Shown here: positions 8,400 through 15,880 of the stretch, one piece after another
Numbering within the stretch: the first letter of the stretch is position 1
Layout: every line of letters begins with the position of its first letter
IMG/VR virus record: IMGVR_UViG_3300048576_000605
Coordinates: 1 to 39,211 of that record
Source: a virus
Taxonomy: Duplodnaviria; Caudoviricetes
DNA: 39,211 bases
Strand: one strand, 5' to 3'
The notes under the pieces: generated by a model
What the model saw: only the letters and a program-made list of their open reading frames with translations
Database searches by the model: none
What the model was told of the DNA's origin: nothing
Program-made: the position numbers and the translations under genes

Positions 8400-8686
8400 A
8401 ATCGAAAAAGCCCAAGAAGATGACCCTGGCCGAGGAGAACAAGCTCCGCAAGGAGCTGGGCCTGGAGCCGCGAAAGCGTTTTTCCGTGGCAACGGTCAAG
8501 GCAAGGTGGAAAAGAGCGGCGAAAGCCCTGCCCAAGGACCAGCGGCAACGCATCCTGGATTTGATTTGGGCACGGGTGCCATTTGGTGCGATCGCCGAAC
8601 GGGAGCATGTCGATAAGGACGCCGTCCTGGGCGTGTACGAGCTGAACACGTATTCCATTTCGGCCTTGAACACGGAGACCCTCTAA
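8396..8686 (+). CDS. Basic hypothetical protein with possible C-terminal HTH
   Basis: MKSKKPKK...'VPFGAIAEREHVDKDAVLGV'; coupled to both neighbours. Confidence 0.6.
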   Translation: MKSKKPKKMTLAEENKLRKELGLEPRKRFSVATVKARWKRAAKALPKDQRQRILDLIWARVPFGAIAEREHVDKDAVLGVYELNTYSISALNTETL

Positions 8687-9162
8687 TGGCCGCCACCGCC
8701 GCCTCCAGTCGCCGCGCCATGCTGGCCAAGATCCATATCGCCATCAAGGACCTGGGGCTTTCCGACGAGGATTACCGGGCCATGCTGGACAACCTGTACG
8801 GGGTGGACTCGTCGGCCAAGCTGGGTGGCCGCCAGCTCCATGATCTGCTCGGGCACCTGACCAGCCGGGGCTTTTCCGGCCGCAAGGGCGGCGACAAGGC
8901 GGCCCCGGGCGACGCGGACGTGAACCGCAAGCCCATGCTCGCCAAGATTGGCGCGCTCTTGACCGTGCTGGGCCAGCTCGAAAACAGGCACGTGCCCTGG
9001 GAGTACGCGGCCGGCATCCTCAAGAGGCAAAGCGGCGTCATGCGGCTCCAATGGGCTACCGGCCAGCAGCTGCGCGGCGTGATTGCCGCGCTCGCCCGTC
9101 GCGTGGACAAGCTCGAACGCGACGCGGCCCTGACCGCGCATCTGAACGGAGAGGCCCAGTAG
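8686..9162 (+). CDS. gemA: Mu GemA/gp16-like regulator (DUF1018)
   Basis: 'LAKIHIAIKDLGLSDEDYRAML...GVDSSAKL' signature. Confidence 0.9.
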   Translation: MAATAASSRRAMLAKIHIAIKDLGLSDEDYRAMLDNLYGVDSSAKLGGRQLHDLLGHLTSRGFSGRKGGDKAAPGDADVNRKPMLAKIGALLTVLGQLENRHVPWEYAAGILKRQSGVMRLQWATGQQLRGVIAALARRVDKLERDAALTAHLNGEAQ

Positions 9163-9163
9163 C

Positions 9164-9586
9164 ATGGCGGGAGCCCCCCCGGACCTGCCCGGCGGCATCG
9201 ACTGGCCGGGCATCCTGGCCGACATCGCCGAGGTGGCCGGTCCCATGGCCGCCCTGCGCGTGGCCGGGGCCAAGGGGGGGATCAACGCCTACATCCCGTT
9301 GCCGGAGCGGCTGCGGGACGATCACTGGCTGGTGCTCGCCTGCGGTTGGGAGGGAGCTGTGGCCGTGGCCGCGCGGCTCGGCAACGGCGTCGTGCCGGTG
9401 CCCCTGGGCCCGTTCGCCGGCAACCGGGCGGCCATCCGCCGCGCCATCCGCGAGGGCTTGGCGGCCGGCTTGTCCGGCTGGGAGATCGCCCGGCGCACCG
9501 GGGTCACCGACCGCACCGTGCGCAATCACAAACGCCAGGACCCGGCCCAGGCCGGCTACCATCCGGACCAGCACCGGCTGTTCTGA
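9164..9586 (+). CDS. Mor/C-like late transcription activator
   Basis: 'LADIAEVAGPMAALRVAGAKGG..YIP', C-terminal HTH 'GLSGWEIARRTGVTDRTVRNH'; follows gemA. Confidence 0.78.
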   Translation: MAGAPPDLPGGIDWPGILADIAEVAGPMAALRVAGAKGGINAYIPLPERLRDDHWLVLACGWEGAVAVAARLGNGVVPVPLGPFAGNRAAIRRAIREGLAAGLSGWEIARRTGVTDRTVRNHKRQDPAQAGYHPDQHRLF

Positions 9587-9651
9587 TTGCGCGACAGCTC
9601 CGGATAGCGGCGCATAATGCAGCGCGTTTTTTGCGCGCAGAGGGACGCAAA

Positions 9652-10077
9652 ATGGCCGAGAAGCGCCAGTGGCAACATCGCATCGCCATCACCGACCAAG
9701 CCGGCCGCCGCCGGGTCTCCGAGCTGTTCCCGGCCGAGCTGTTTCCGGGTGGTCAGGGCCTCGAAGGCCGATTCCGGGTGCGCATCGATCGGACCTGGCA
9801 CAGGCCGGGTGGGATCAAGTACGCGTTTTTGCCCCTGGAGGAGGCCCTGGCCGTTGTCGGCTGGGGAGCCGGCCGGGAATCGCCCCGGCCGGATCTTCCC
9901 CGGGGAAGCTGGGTGCGGGTGCCGACCGGCTGGGCCGGCTGCGGCGAGGGCGAGCGGCTGCATGAGGCGACGGTGACGTTCACGGAGCCGTTTTCGGGTC
10001 CGGACGGCCGTTGGCGGGTGTTTGTCGTGGGCCGGCGCGGGCCGGTGCTGGTGGACGATCTGGAGCGCAAGGAGTGA
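9652..10077 (+). CDS. Hypothetical protein
   Basis: GAGGG RBS; MAEKRQWQHRIAITD... Confidence 0.6.
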   Translation: MAEKRQWQHRIAITDQAGRRRVSELFPAELFPGGQGLEGRFRVRIDRTWHRPGGIKYAFLPLEEALAVVGWGAGRESPRPDLPRGSWVRVPTGWAGCGEGERLHEATVTFTEPFSGPDGRWRVFVVGRRGPVLVDDLERKE

Positions 10078-10079
10078 AC

Positions 10080-10433
10080 ATGGCGAAGCGAAGACTATCC
10101 AAGGCGGTCGAGTCCCTGGGTCGAACCACCGAGCATTTTGACAAGCTCCGGATGCAGCTGGATCTGGTCCAGGCGATCACCCAGGTCGCCCACCATGGGC
10201 AGCAGCTCCTGGAGGCCATGCCGGCGGTCGGCGCCGCCGGGCTGCGGGCCCATGTCGTGGTGGAGCGCGTGCCGGCCATGTCCCGGAAAGAACTGGAACG
10301 GCATCTGGCCGAGGCGATCCGCGTGCGGGATGCCGTGTGGGCGGCCCTGCGCGCGGTTTCGCAGCTCGGAGGCATGTTCCAGGAGGCGCAGCCGGGATGC
10401 GTTGGGGCGCCGGGGAGCGAGACGAGGCAGTAA
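10080..10433 (+). CDS. Hypothetical helical protein
   Basis: AAGGAG RBS; MAKRRLSKAVESLG... Confidence 0.6.
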   Translation: MAKRRLSKAVESLGRTTEHFDKLRMQLDLVQAITQVAHHGQQLLEAMPAVGAAGLRAHVVVERVPAMSRKELERHLAEAIRVRDAVWAALRAVSQLGGMFQEAQPGCVGAPGSETRQ

Positions 10434-10462
10434 ACGCGGGCAGGGATGACCGGGAGATGGCG

Positions 10463-10491
10463 TTTACTGGGTGTCGGTTATCTGGTAAGAT
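10463..10491 (+). promoter_or_regulatory. Sigma70-like promoter of the ner2/MuA' cassette
   Basis: TTTACT-N17-TAAGAT with extended -10 TG. Confidence 0.6.
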
Positions 10492-10513
10492 GAGAAAAAA
10501 ATAAGGAGGGGTT

Positions 10514-10588
10514 ATGCGTAATAGATTTCAGACAAGAGTATGGACTTGTGTGGGTGTTTTTGTCGTTGTTACTAAAGCGAAAACTTGA
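10514..10588 (+). CDS. 24-aa leader/micro-peptide MRNRFQTRVWTCVGVFVVVTKAKT
   Basis: AAGGAGG RBS just downstream of the promoter; below the ORF-track size cut-off. Confidence 0.4.
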   Translation: MRNRFQTRVWTCVGVFVVVTKAKT

Positions 10589-10597
10589 GGATGGATT

Positions 10598-10819
10598 ATG
10601 AAACGCAACGGCCGAGCAATTAGAGGGTGGATGGTTTGCAAAGGGATTACTGTGGCCAGGATTGCGCTAATGGCTAATGCACAACCTGCACACGCTTCAC
10701 ATACAATCTACGGCAATCGCAACCATCGCCGCACATTAAAAACCCTTCTCGACCTTGGTTGCCCAGAGGAGTTTTTAGCGCTTTCAGAAAAAATGAAGAG
10801 TGAAATAGCTAAACAGTAA
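10598..10819 (+). CDS. Second Ner-like HTH protein (paralog of 1432-1650)
   Basis: GRAIRGWM/GRKIRAWM, SHTIYGNRNHRRTL/SETLHGKRQHRRVL, LLDLGCP/LVDAGCP. Confidence 0.82.
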   Translation: MKRNGRAIRGWMVCKGITVARIALMANAQPAHASHTIYGNRNHRRTLKTLLDLGCPEEFLALSEKMKSEIAKQ

Positions 10820-10854
10820 AAATACACATAGCGAATGGCATAAGGCTAAGCAGT

Positions 10855-11970
10855 ATGAGAGAAGCTATTACAGCAAACTATATTGCTACCGCTTTGAGTG
10901 TGTCAGTGCAAGCTGTTCTCAAGCGGTCTAACAAGGAGAGCTGGCCCTTTAATGAAGAAAAGGGGCGCGGGCGTGGCGGCAAGCGTCGCCTCTATCCACT
11001 TTCCTCCCTCCCCGCCGACATCCGCGCCGCTCTTGCCGAGGCTCCGCTTGTCACCGAACCGGCGGCCGACATCATCCGTGAAGAACCCGAGCCCTTTCCT
11101 CCCGTCACAGTCGAGACCTTGGCCAATTGGCAGCGCTCGTGCCGCGATGCTCGTTTGCGCATTTTGCGCGAAATAGAGCGCATGAAGCGCCTGGAGGGGG
11201 TCGAGAAGGCCATGCGGCATTTCATTGCCTTGGCCGAAACCGGCGAGCTCTGCGACTCCCTGGCACAGGCCGTGGAGGTGGCCAATGCCCGCAAGCGGGA
11301 GGGGAAGGCGCTTTGCACCTTCACGATCCGCAACTGGATGAAAGCCCTGGCCAAGGGCGGCCCGGATGCTTTGGCCCCTCGGGGCAATCCGCCCAAGCCG
11401 ATGCCAGTTTGGTTGCCGGATTTCCTCAAGCTCTACCGGCAGCCGCAGAAGCCCAACGTCAGCTGGTGCTATGAGAAGGTGACCGGAGCCGGCGTCGCAC
11501 TCCCGAGCCTTCGCACCGTCCAGCGGGAGATCAAGCGCCTTGGGGTGGTCGAGGCCAACCGGGGCCGCATGGGCCGCCGTGAGCTTAAAAGTCTCCTGGC
11601 CTACTCCACTGGAGATCGGCAAATTGATGGACCTGCGGCAGAGTACGGTGTCGTGGTATCTGTGCCAGGCCAGAACCCTGGGGCTGATCGAGGGCAGGCT
11701 TCCGAGGTCCTGCGCCAGCCGGCGCCCCCTGGGCGCGGGAGCCTAGCCGTGGCGGCCTTTACCCGGCCCGGGGACACGCCGGCGGACGTGGTGGATCGGC
11801 TGGGTTGCGTGGTTGACTGGCTGGCCGAGGCCGGGCCGGCCTGGGCGGCCCGGCTGGAACATGAGCCGCCCTCGGACGGCGCCGTGGCCGGTCTGGCCAT
11901 CCTGTGCCAGGCCCTGGCCGAGGCGCTCCACGAGTTGGCCAGGGCCGACCCGGCCGGGCCTGGCCGGTAA
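10855..11970 (+). CDS. Truncated MuA-like DNA-binding protein (no DDE core) fused to an unrelated C-terminus
   Basis: N-terminal 'ESWPFNEEKGRGRGGKRRLYPLSSLPADIRAAL' matches MuA; similarity ends after 'GRMGRRELKSL' (~11600); no D-D-E motifs. Confidence 0.78.
   Translation: MREAITANYIATALSVSVQAVLKRSNKESWPFNEEKGRGRGGKRRLYPLSSLPADIRAALAEAPLVTEPAADIIREEPEPFPPVTVETLANWQRSCRDARLRILREIERMKRLEGVEKAMRHFIALAETGELCDSLAQAVEVANARKREGKALCTFTIRNWMKALAKGGPDALAPRGNPPKPMPVWLPDFLKLYRQPQKPNVSWCYEKVTGAGVALPSLRTVQREIKRLGVVEANRGRMGRRELKSLLAYSTGDRQIDGPAAEYGVVVSVPGQNPGADRGQASEVLRQPAPPGRGSLAVAAFTRPGDTPADVVDRLGCVVDWLAEAGPAWAARLEHEPPSDGAVAGLAILCQALAEALHELARADPAGPGR
11749..11970 (+). CDS. Possible separate in-frame 73-aa protein (internal GTG start)
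   Basis: GGGAG RBS and GTG immediately after the TAG (11744-11746) that closes the +1-frame HTH remnant. Confidence 0.4.
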   Translation: MAAFTRPGDTPADVVDRLGCVVDWLAEAGPAWAARLEHEPPSDGAVAGLAILCQALAEALHELARADPAGPGR

Positions 11971-11991
11971 ACATCCCGCCCAACCATGATC

Positions 11992-12028
11992 GCGGCCCGC
12001 CGGACTCCTGGCGGGCCGCTCTGTTTTT
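11992..12028 (+). terminator. Intrinsic terminator closing the ner2/MuA' cassette
   Basis: GCGGCCCGCC-N8-GGCGGGCCGC followed by TCTGTTTTT. Confidence 0.72.
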
Positions 12029-12099
12029 GCCCGTGGCCGCCCCTTGACCTTGGGCCGCGCCTCGGGCAAACGGAGGCATAACCCCGCAATCCATCTGAA

Positions 12100-12115
12100 T
12101 CGGAAAATTTTCCGA
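12100..12115. promoter_or_regulatory. Palindromic putative late-activator site upstream of the lysis operon
   Basis: Perfect palindrome TCGGAAAATTTTCCGA; near-identical copy at 21068-21083. Confidence 0.65.
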
Positions 12116-12196
12116 CTCCCAACTTCCTCCCATATCCCGCATTGACGTCGTGACACGCGATGCGTCGTCCAATTCGGCGATGCAAAGGAGCGGATC

Positions 12197-12331
12197 ATGA
12201 CACCCGAACAATTTGATCAGCACATGGCCATGCAGAACGCGATCCTGGAAGAGCTGAAGGCTATCCTGGAGTTGCTCAAGATGCAGGCCGAAATGCCCTT
12301 GAGGCCGGTTATGATCGTTCCAGCTTCATGA
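12197..12331 (+). CDS. 44-aa hypothetical peptide MTPEQFDQHMAMQNAILEELKAILELLKMQ...
   Basis: AAGGAG RBS; amphipathic helix; first ORF after the palindrome. Confidence 0.5.
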   Translation: MTPEQFDQHMAMQNAILEELKAILELLKMQAEMPLRPVMIVPAS

Positions 12332-12548
12332 AGGCTTCGTAAAAAAACGTGCATTGATTCCCTTCGATAATTTCTTTTGTCGAGTGTGCTCGAATGGAAA
12401 TCATGTCCCAACCCAGGGCTCCTAAGGCATTCAAGGCTGCTTCCATCGAGGTGGTGTTTTGCAGAGGCTGGCAGAAGCCTTTTTCCATGAGCCATAGATT
12501 TGTGTCGGTTCTGAAGAAAGTAACAACCAAGTATTCAAACGTTTTCAT
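12309..12548 (-). CDS. DUF4177-like small protein (79 aa), antisense moron
   Basis: 'MKTFEYLVV...LNALGALGWDMISI...FMK' matches the EYKV...LNELGxEGWELV pattern; GAGG RBS; AT-rich. Confidence 0.7.
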   Translation of the reverse strand: MKTFEYLVVTFFRTDTNLWLMEKGFCQPLQNTTSMEAALNALGALGWDMISIRAHSTKEIIEGNQCTFFYEAFMKLERS

Positions 12549-12626
12549 TTTTTTCGCCTCTCGGTTCGGGGTTGTGGATCGCGCCGAAACCCTACCGGGA
12601 GGCGGGAGAAAAATAAAGGAGGCCTT

Positions 12627-13040
12627 ATGAAACGCAGTATCCTCATGCATTTTGCCGCGCTCCTGGCCTGTGTCCTGGCCGCCTGCGCCGGACTGTCCCG
12701 GGACGGCGTCCCGGCCGGCACGGCGTCCCCGGCCGACGTCCTGGCCAAGGTGCAGGCCGGGGCGGCCTACCTGGACGCCACCCTGGGCAAGGTGCGCCAG
12801 GCCGTGGCCACGGCCAAGGAGATCCGTCCGGACAAGGCGGCCGCCATCACCGCCCGGGTCGAGCCGGCCGTGACCGCCGTGAGCCAGGCCGTCGGCGCCT
12901 ATGACGCGGCCGTGGCCGCCCAGGACGCCGGCGCGGCCGATTCCATGTGGACCGTGGCCCGAGGGGCGGTGACGGCGGCGGTGGGTGTCGCGATCGAGGT
13001 GCTGGAACCGCAGCTCCTCATGGGCCTGTTGGGGGTGTGA
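12627..13040 (+). CDS. Putative lipoprotein of the lysis cassette
   Basis: Signal peptide with lipobox LAAC; AAGGAGG RBS. Confidence 0.72.
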   Translation: MKRSILMHFAALLACVLAACAGLSRDGVPAGTASPADVLAKVQAGAAYLDATLGKVRQAVATAKEIRPDKAAAITARVEPAVTAVSQAVGAYDAAVAAQDAGAADSMWTVARGAVTAAVGVAIEVLEPQLLMGLLGV

Positions 13041-13041
13041 C

Positions 13042-13521
13042 GTGGACCAGGTCATCGACAACGTGATCGTCGAGGTCGCGGCCAGCCATCAGCTGCCGCC
13101 GCAAGTCGTCCGGGCCATGGTCCTGGTGGAGTCGGGCGGCAACCCCGTGGCCATGCGGTTCGAGCCCGGCTTTTTTGATCGCTACATCAAGGACAAGCCT
13201 CTGAATTACGTCCCGGCGGGCTGCTCGCGGGATACCGAGGCCGTGTGCCGGGCCACCTCCTTCGGGCTGCTGCAAATCATGCTCGAAACCGCCCGGTGCG
13301 TCGGTTTCCGGGGTTGGCCCGGCGAGCTGCTCGATCCGAGGACCGGCCTCGAATGGGGCTGTCGCTACCTGCGGCGCCTGGCTGACCGGTATCTGGCCGA
13401 CGGAGGTTGGGAATCGGTGGTCCGCGCCTACAATGGCGGCCCCGGCAACCGGCACAACGTCGCCAACTCGTATCCGGTCTGTGTCCTGTCTCACATCCCG
13501 GGCTGCGTCTGGCCGGATTAA
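13042..13521 (+). CDS. Lytic transglycosylase (SLT-family) endolysin
   Basis: 'VESGGN' catalytic Glu, 'GLLQIM', 'AYNGGPG' motifs. Confidence 0.9.
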   Translation: MDQVIDNVIVEVAASHQLPPQVVRAMVLVESGGNPVAMRFEPGFFDRYIKDKPLNYVPAGCSRDTEAVCRATSFGLLQIMLETARCVGFRGWPGELLDPRTGLEWGCRYLRRLADRYLADGGWESVVRAYNGGPGNRHNVANSYPVCVLSHIPGCVWPD

Positions 13522-13532
13522 GGAGTCGTCTC

Positions 13533-14048
13533 ATGGATACGCCACAAGTCGTGCTGTCCCCGGAGCTGCGGGAAAAGCTGGGCGTCGCCCTGGACATGTT
13601 GCACGCGGTTCTGCCGAGCGTGGCCGGGCCGTTGGTGCAGGATACGCCGGAAGCGGCCGACGTGGCGGCCCTGGCCGACACGCTCAAGCCGCCCCTGGCG
13701 AGTGGCGGGGCAGTCCAGGCCGCGCCGGGACTGGTCGGGGATACCGCTGTGCCGTTTCTCGGCGCCGCTGGTCCCGTGAATGTCCAGGCCGCGGCCGTCC
13801 AGGCCGGGACCGCCATCGGCCAGGCCCTGGCGCCCCTGGCCGGGCCGCTCCTGGCCCGATCCAGGCATCGGCTGGCCTCCCGCAAGCTGTGGGTGGCCAT
13901 CGGCACCATCGCCAGCCTGGCCGCCCAGGCCCCGCTGGGCCTTAATCTCCATCCGGCCGCCCAGGTGGCCATCGCTGCCCTGGCCGCCGTGTACGTGGCC
14001 GCCCAGGCCGGGGTGGACGGCAAGACCAAGGGCGTGGCCGATGGATAG
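13533..14048 (+). CDS. Putative holin
   Basis: C-terminal 'LASRKLWVAI' plus two hydrophobic helices; next to the endolysin. Confidence 0.6.
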   Translation: MDTPQVVLSPELREKLGVALDMLHAVLPSVAGPLVQDTPEAADVAALADTLKPPLASGGAVQAAPGLVGDTAVPFLGAAGPVNVQAAAVQAGTAIGQALAPLAGPLLARSRHRLASRKLWVAIGTIASLAAQAPLGLNLHPAAQVAIAALAAVYVAAQAGVDGKTKGVADG

Positions 14049-14337
14049 ACAATACGATCCGGTCTGGCCGTATATTTTGACGATCGTCCAGGCCTTGCTG
14101 CTGGGGGCCTGTGTCGTCGCGAACGCCGGATACAGGGAGCGTATCCGGCTTGTCGAGGCCGATCGGGATACGCTCCTGGAGATCGCGGCCGATCGCGAGC
14201 TGGTGGCCGGGCGCCTGGACCGGATCGAGGCCGCCCTGACCGGCGCCGGCGAGCGAAATGAAACTGGCTGCCTGGCCAGCGTCGGGGCCAGTCTGGCCAG
14301 CGCGTCCTGTCCGGTCCGGAGCGCGTCCGAAAAATGA
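14041..14337 (+). CDS. Membrane-anchored coiled-coil protein (candidate i-spanin)
   Basis: N-terminal TM 'WPYILTIVQALLLGACVVANA', helical body, C-terminal Cys residues. Confidence 0.5.
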   Translation: MDRQYDPVWPYILTIVQALLLGACVVANAGYRERIRLVEADRDTLLEIAADRELVAGRLDRIEAALTGAGERNETGCLASVGASLASASCPVRSASEK

Positions 14338-14489
14338 AACGGCTGGTGGCCGGCGCCTGTCTGGGCCTGATCCTCGTGCTGGTCGGCTGCGGCTATGCCG
14401 TGCGCCTGGCCAGTCCCGAAACCTGGTGGGCCGATGGCGGCGCCACCGGCCCGGACGGCATCACGCGCCAGCCCATGATCAGGAGATAA
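14334..14489 (+). CDS. Small lipoprotein (candidate o-spanin), 51 aa
   Basis: MKRLVAGACLGLILVLVGC lipobox; ATGA overlap with the preceding gene; below ORF-track cut-off. Confidence 0.5.
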   Translation: MKRLVAGACLGLILVLVGCGYAVRLASPETWWADGGATGPDGITRQPMIRR

Positions 14490-14490
14490 C

Positions 14491-15006
14491 GTGGAAATCA
14501 TCCCTTATGCGGATTTGCGGCCCAGGCTCGACGTGTTTGTCGTCACCTGGGTGGGGGCGAACCCCCTGTCCCGGGCCATCCGACATTTCGCCCCGGGCGG
14601 CTCGCACAGCTCCCTGGGGCTGGTCCTGTACGGGTCCGTCATGCTGGTCGAGGCCATGGCCGAGGGCATCGTGCTCAACCGGGCGTCCGACCGGTTTAAC
14701 GACTACGATGGCCAAATCCTCCTGCATCCCCTGAAACTCACGTCGGCCCGGGCCAACTGCGTCAAGCGCACGGCCCTCAACCTCGTCGGCGCCCATCTCG
14801 GCTACGGCTACCGGACGCTGATCGCCTTGGCCTGGCGCGCGGTGCGCAACACCATGCGCCGGCCCGTGTGCAGCCAGACCGTGGCCTATGTCCTGGCCGA
14901 GCACAACATCATCCCTCCTCAGTCCAGGGTGATCACCCCGGGCGAGCTGCGGGCGCTGCTGCCCGAGCCCTGGCAGCTCGCGCCGTATACCAAGGCGGCG
15001 GAGTAG
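14491..15006 (+). CDS. Permuted papain-like NlpC/P60 (YaeF/YiiX-like) enzyme
   Basis: His-first 'SRAIR...SHSSL', 'VEA', later 'VCSQTVAYVL' and 'ITPGEL' pattern; AGGAG RBS. Confidence 0.72.
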   Translation: MEIIPYADLRPRLDVFVVTWVGANPLSRAIRHFAPGGSHSSLGLVLYGSVMLVEAMAEGIVLNRASDRFNDYDGQILLHPLKLTSARANCVKRTALNLVGAHLGYGYRTLIALAWRAVRNTMRRPVCSQTVAYVLAEHNIIPPQSRVITPGELRALLPEPWQLAPYTKAAE

Positions 15007-15008
15007 TT

Positions 15009-15218
15009 GTGGATGCCGCCGACGAAGGCCAGCTGGCCGAGGCGCTGTTCCGGGAGGAGGCCCTGGCGGCCGTGGGTTCGGCCCCGGCCGCCGCCCAGGT
15101 GGTGGAGGACGGCCGGGTGGTCTGCGCCGAGTGCGGCCAGCCGATCCCCTTGGCGCGGCTGGCCGCCATGCCCGGGGCGACCCGTTGCCGGGAATGTCAG
15201 GACGATTTCGAGGGGTAA
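15009..15218 (+). CDS. TraR/DksA C4-type zinc-finger protein
   Basis: 'CAECGQPIPLARLAAMPGATRCRECQ'. Confidence 0.88.
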   Translation: MDAADEGQLAEALFREEALAAVGSAPAAAQVVEDGRVVCAECGQPIPLARLAAMPGATRCRECQDDFEG

Positions 15219-15227
15219 GGGGGAGTT

Positions 15228-15587
15228 GTGGACGAATGGATCTGGAAATCGTTGCCCGTGGTCGCCCTGGCGGTCCAGGGGCTGTTTGTCTGGGGCATGT
15301 GGTCGCTGTCCAAGTCTTTCGTCACCTGCGATTCCTGCCGGGCCACCCATGCCGGGTATGACGCGCAGCTGGCCGAGATCGAGGCCGACGGCCAGGAGCT
15401 GCGGGGGAGCCTGGCCAAGCTGGCCACCACCGAGGACCTGCACCAGGTGGCCATGCAGGTGCAGGCCGTCAGCGGCGGCCAGGAGGCTCTCCGCGAGTCC
15501 GTCAAATCGTTGGGCATCTCCATCGACCGGCTGGACAAGCCGATACAACTGCTCCTGGAACACCACATCAACGGAGGCGGCAAATGA
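15228..15587 (+). CDS. Mu gp25-like membrane protein (DUF2730-like)
   Basis: N-terminal TM, coiled coil, 'LLLEH' end; position before gp26/gp27. Confidence 0.7.
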   Translation: MDEWIWKSLPVVALAVQGLFVWGMWSLSKSFVTCDSCRATHAGYDAQLAEIEADGQELRGSLAKLATTEDLHQVAMQVQAVSGGQEALRESVKSLGISIDRLDKPIQLLLEHHINGGGK

Positions 15588-15877
15588 TGTTCGCGGATTT
15601 GTTGGCCCAGGACCGCCGGTTGGTGATCCTGCGGTTCCTGGCCGAGGACCAGGACCGGACGCTCAACACCTCGATCCTCCAGGACGCCCTGGACCAGGTC
15701 GGCCATGGCTGCTCCCGGGATTGCGTGGAGACCGAGTGCGCCTGGCTGGCCGAACAGGGCCTGGTGACGCGGCAACAGGTCGGGCCCGTGACCGTGGTGA
15801 CCCTGACCGGGCGCGGCCAGGACGTGGCCGAGGGCAAGGCCAGCAACCCGGGCGTCAAGCGGCCCCGGGCGAGGTAG
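15584..15877 (+). CDS. Mu gp26-like winged-helix protein
   Basis: 'DRRLVILRFL...WLAEQGLV...LTGRGQDVAEG...PGVKRP'. Confidence 0.85.
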   Translation: MMFADLLAQDRRLVILRFLAEDQDRTLNTSILQDALDQVGHGCSRDCVETECAWLAEQGLVTRQQVGPVTVVTLTGRGQDVAEGKASNPGVKRPRAR

Positions 15878-15880
15878 GCC

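Noticed and set aside
9587-9618. Sigma70 promoter TTGCGC...CATAAT before ORF 9652
   Set aside because: Spacer is 20 nt, too long to support a call
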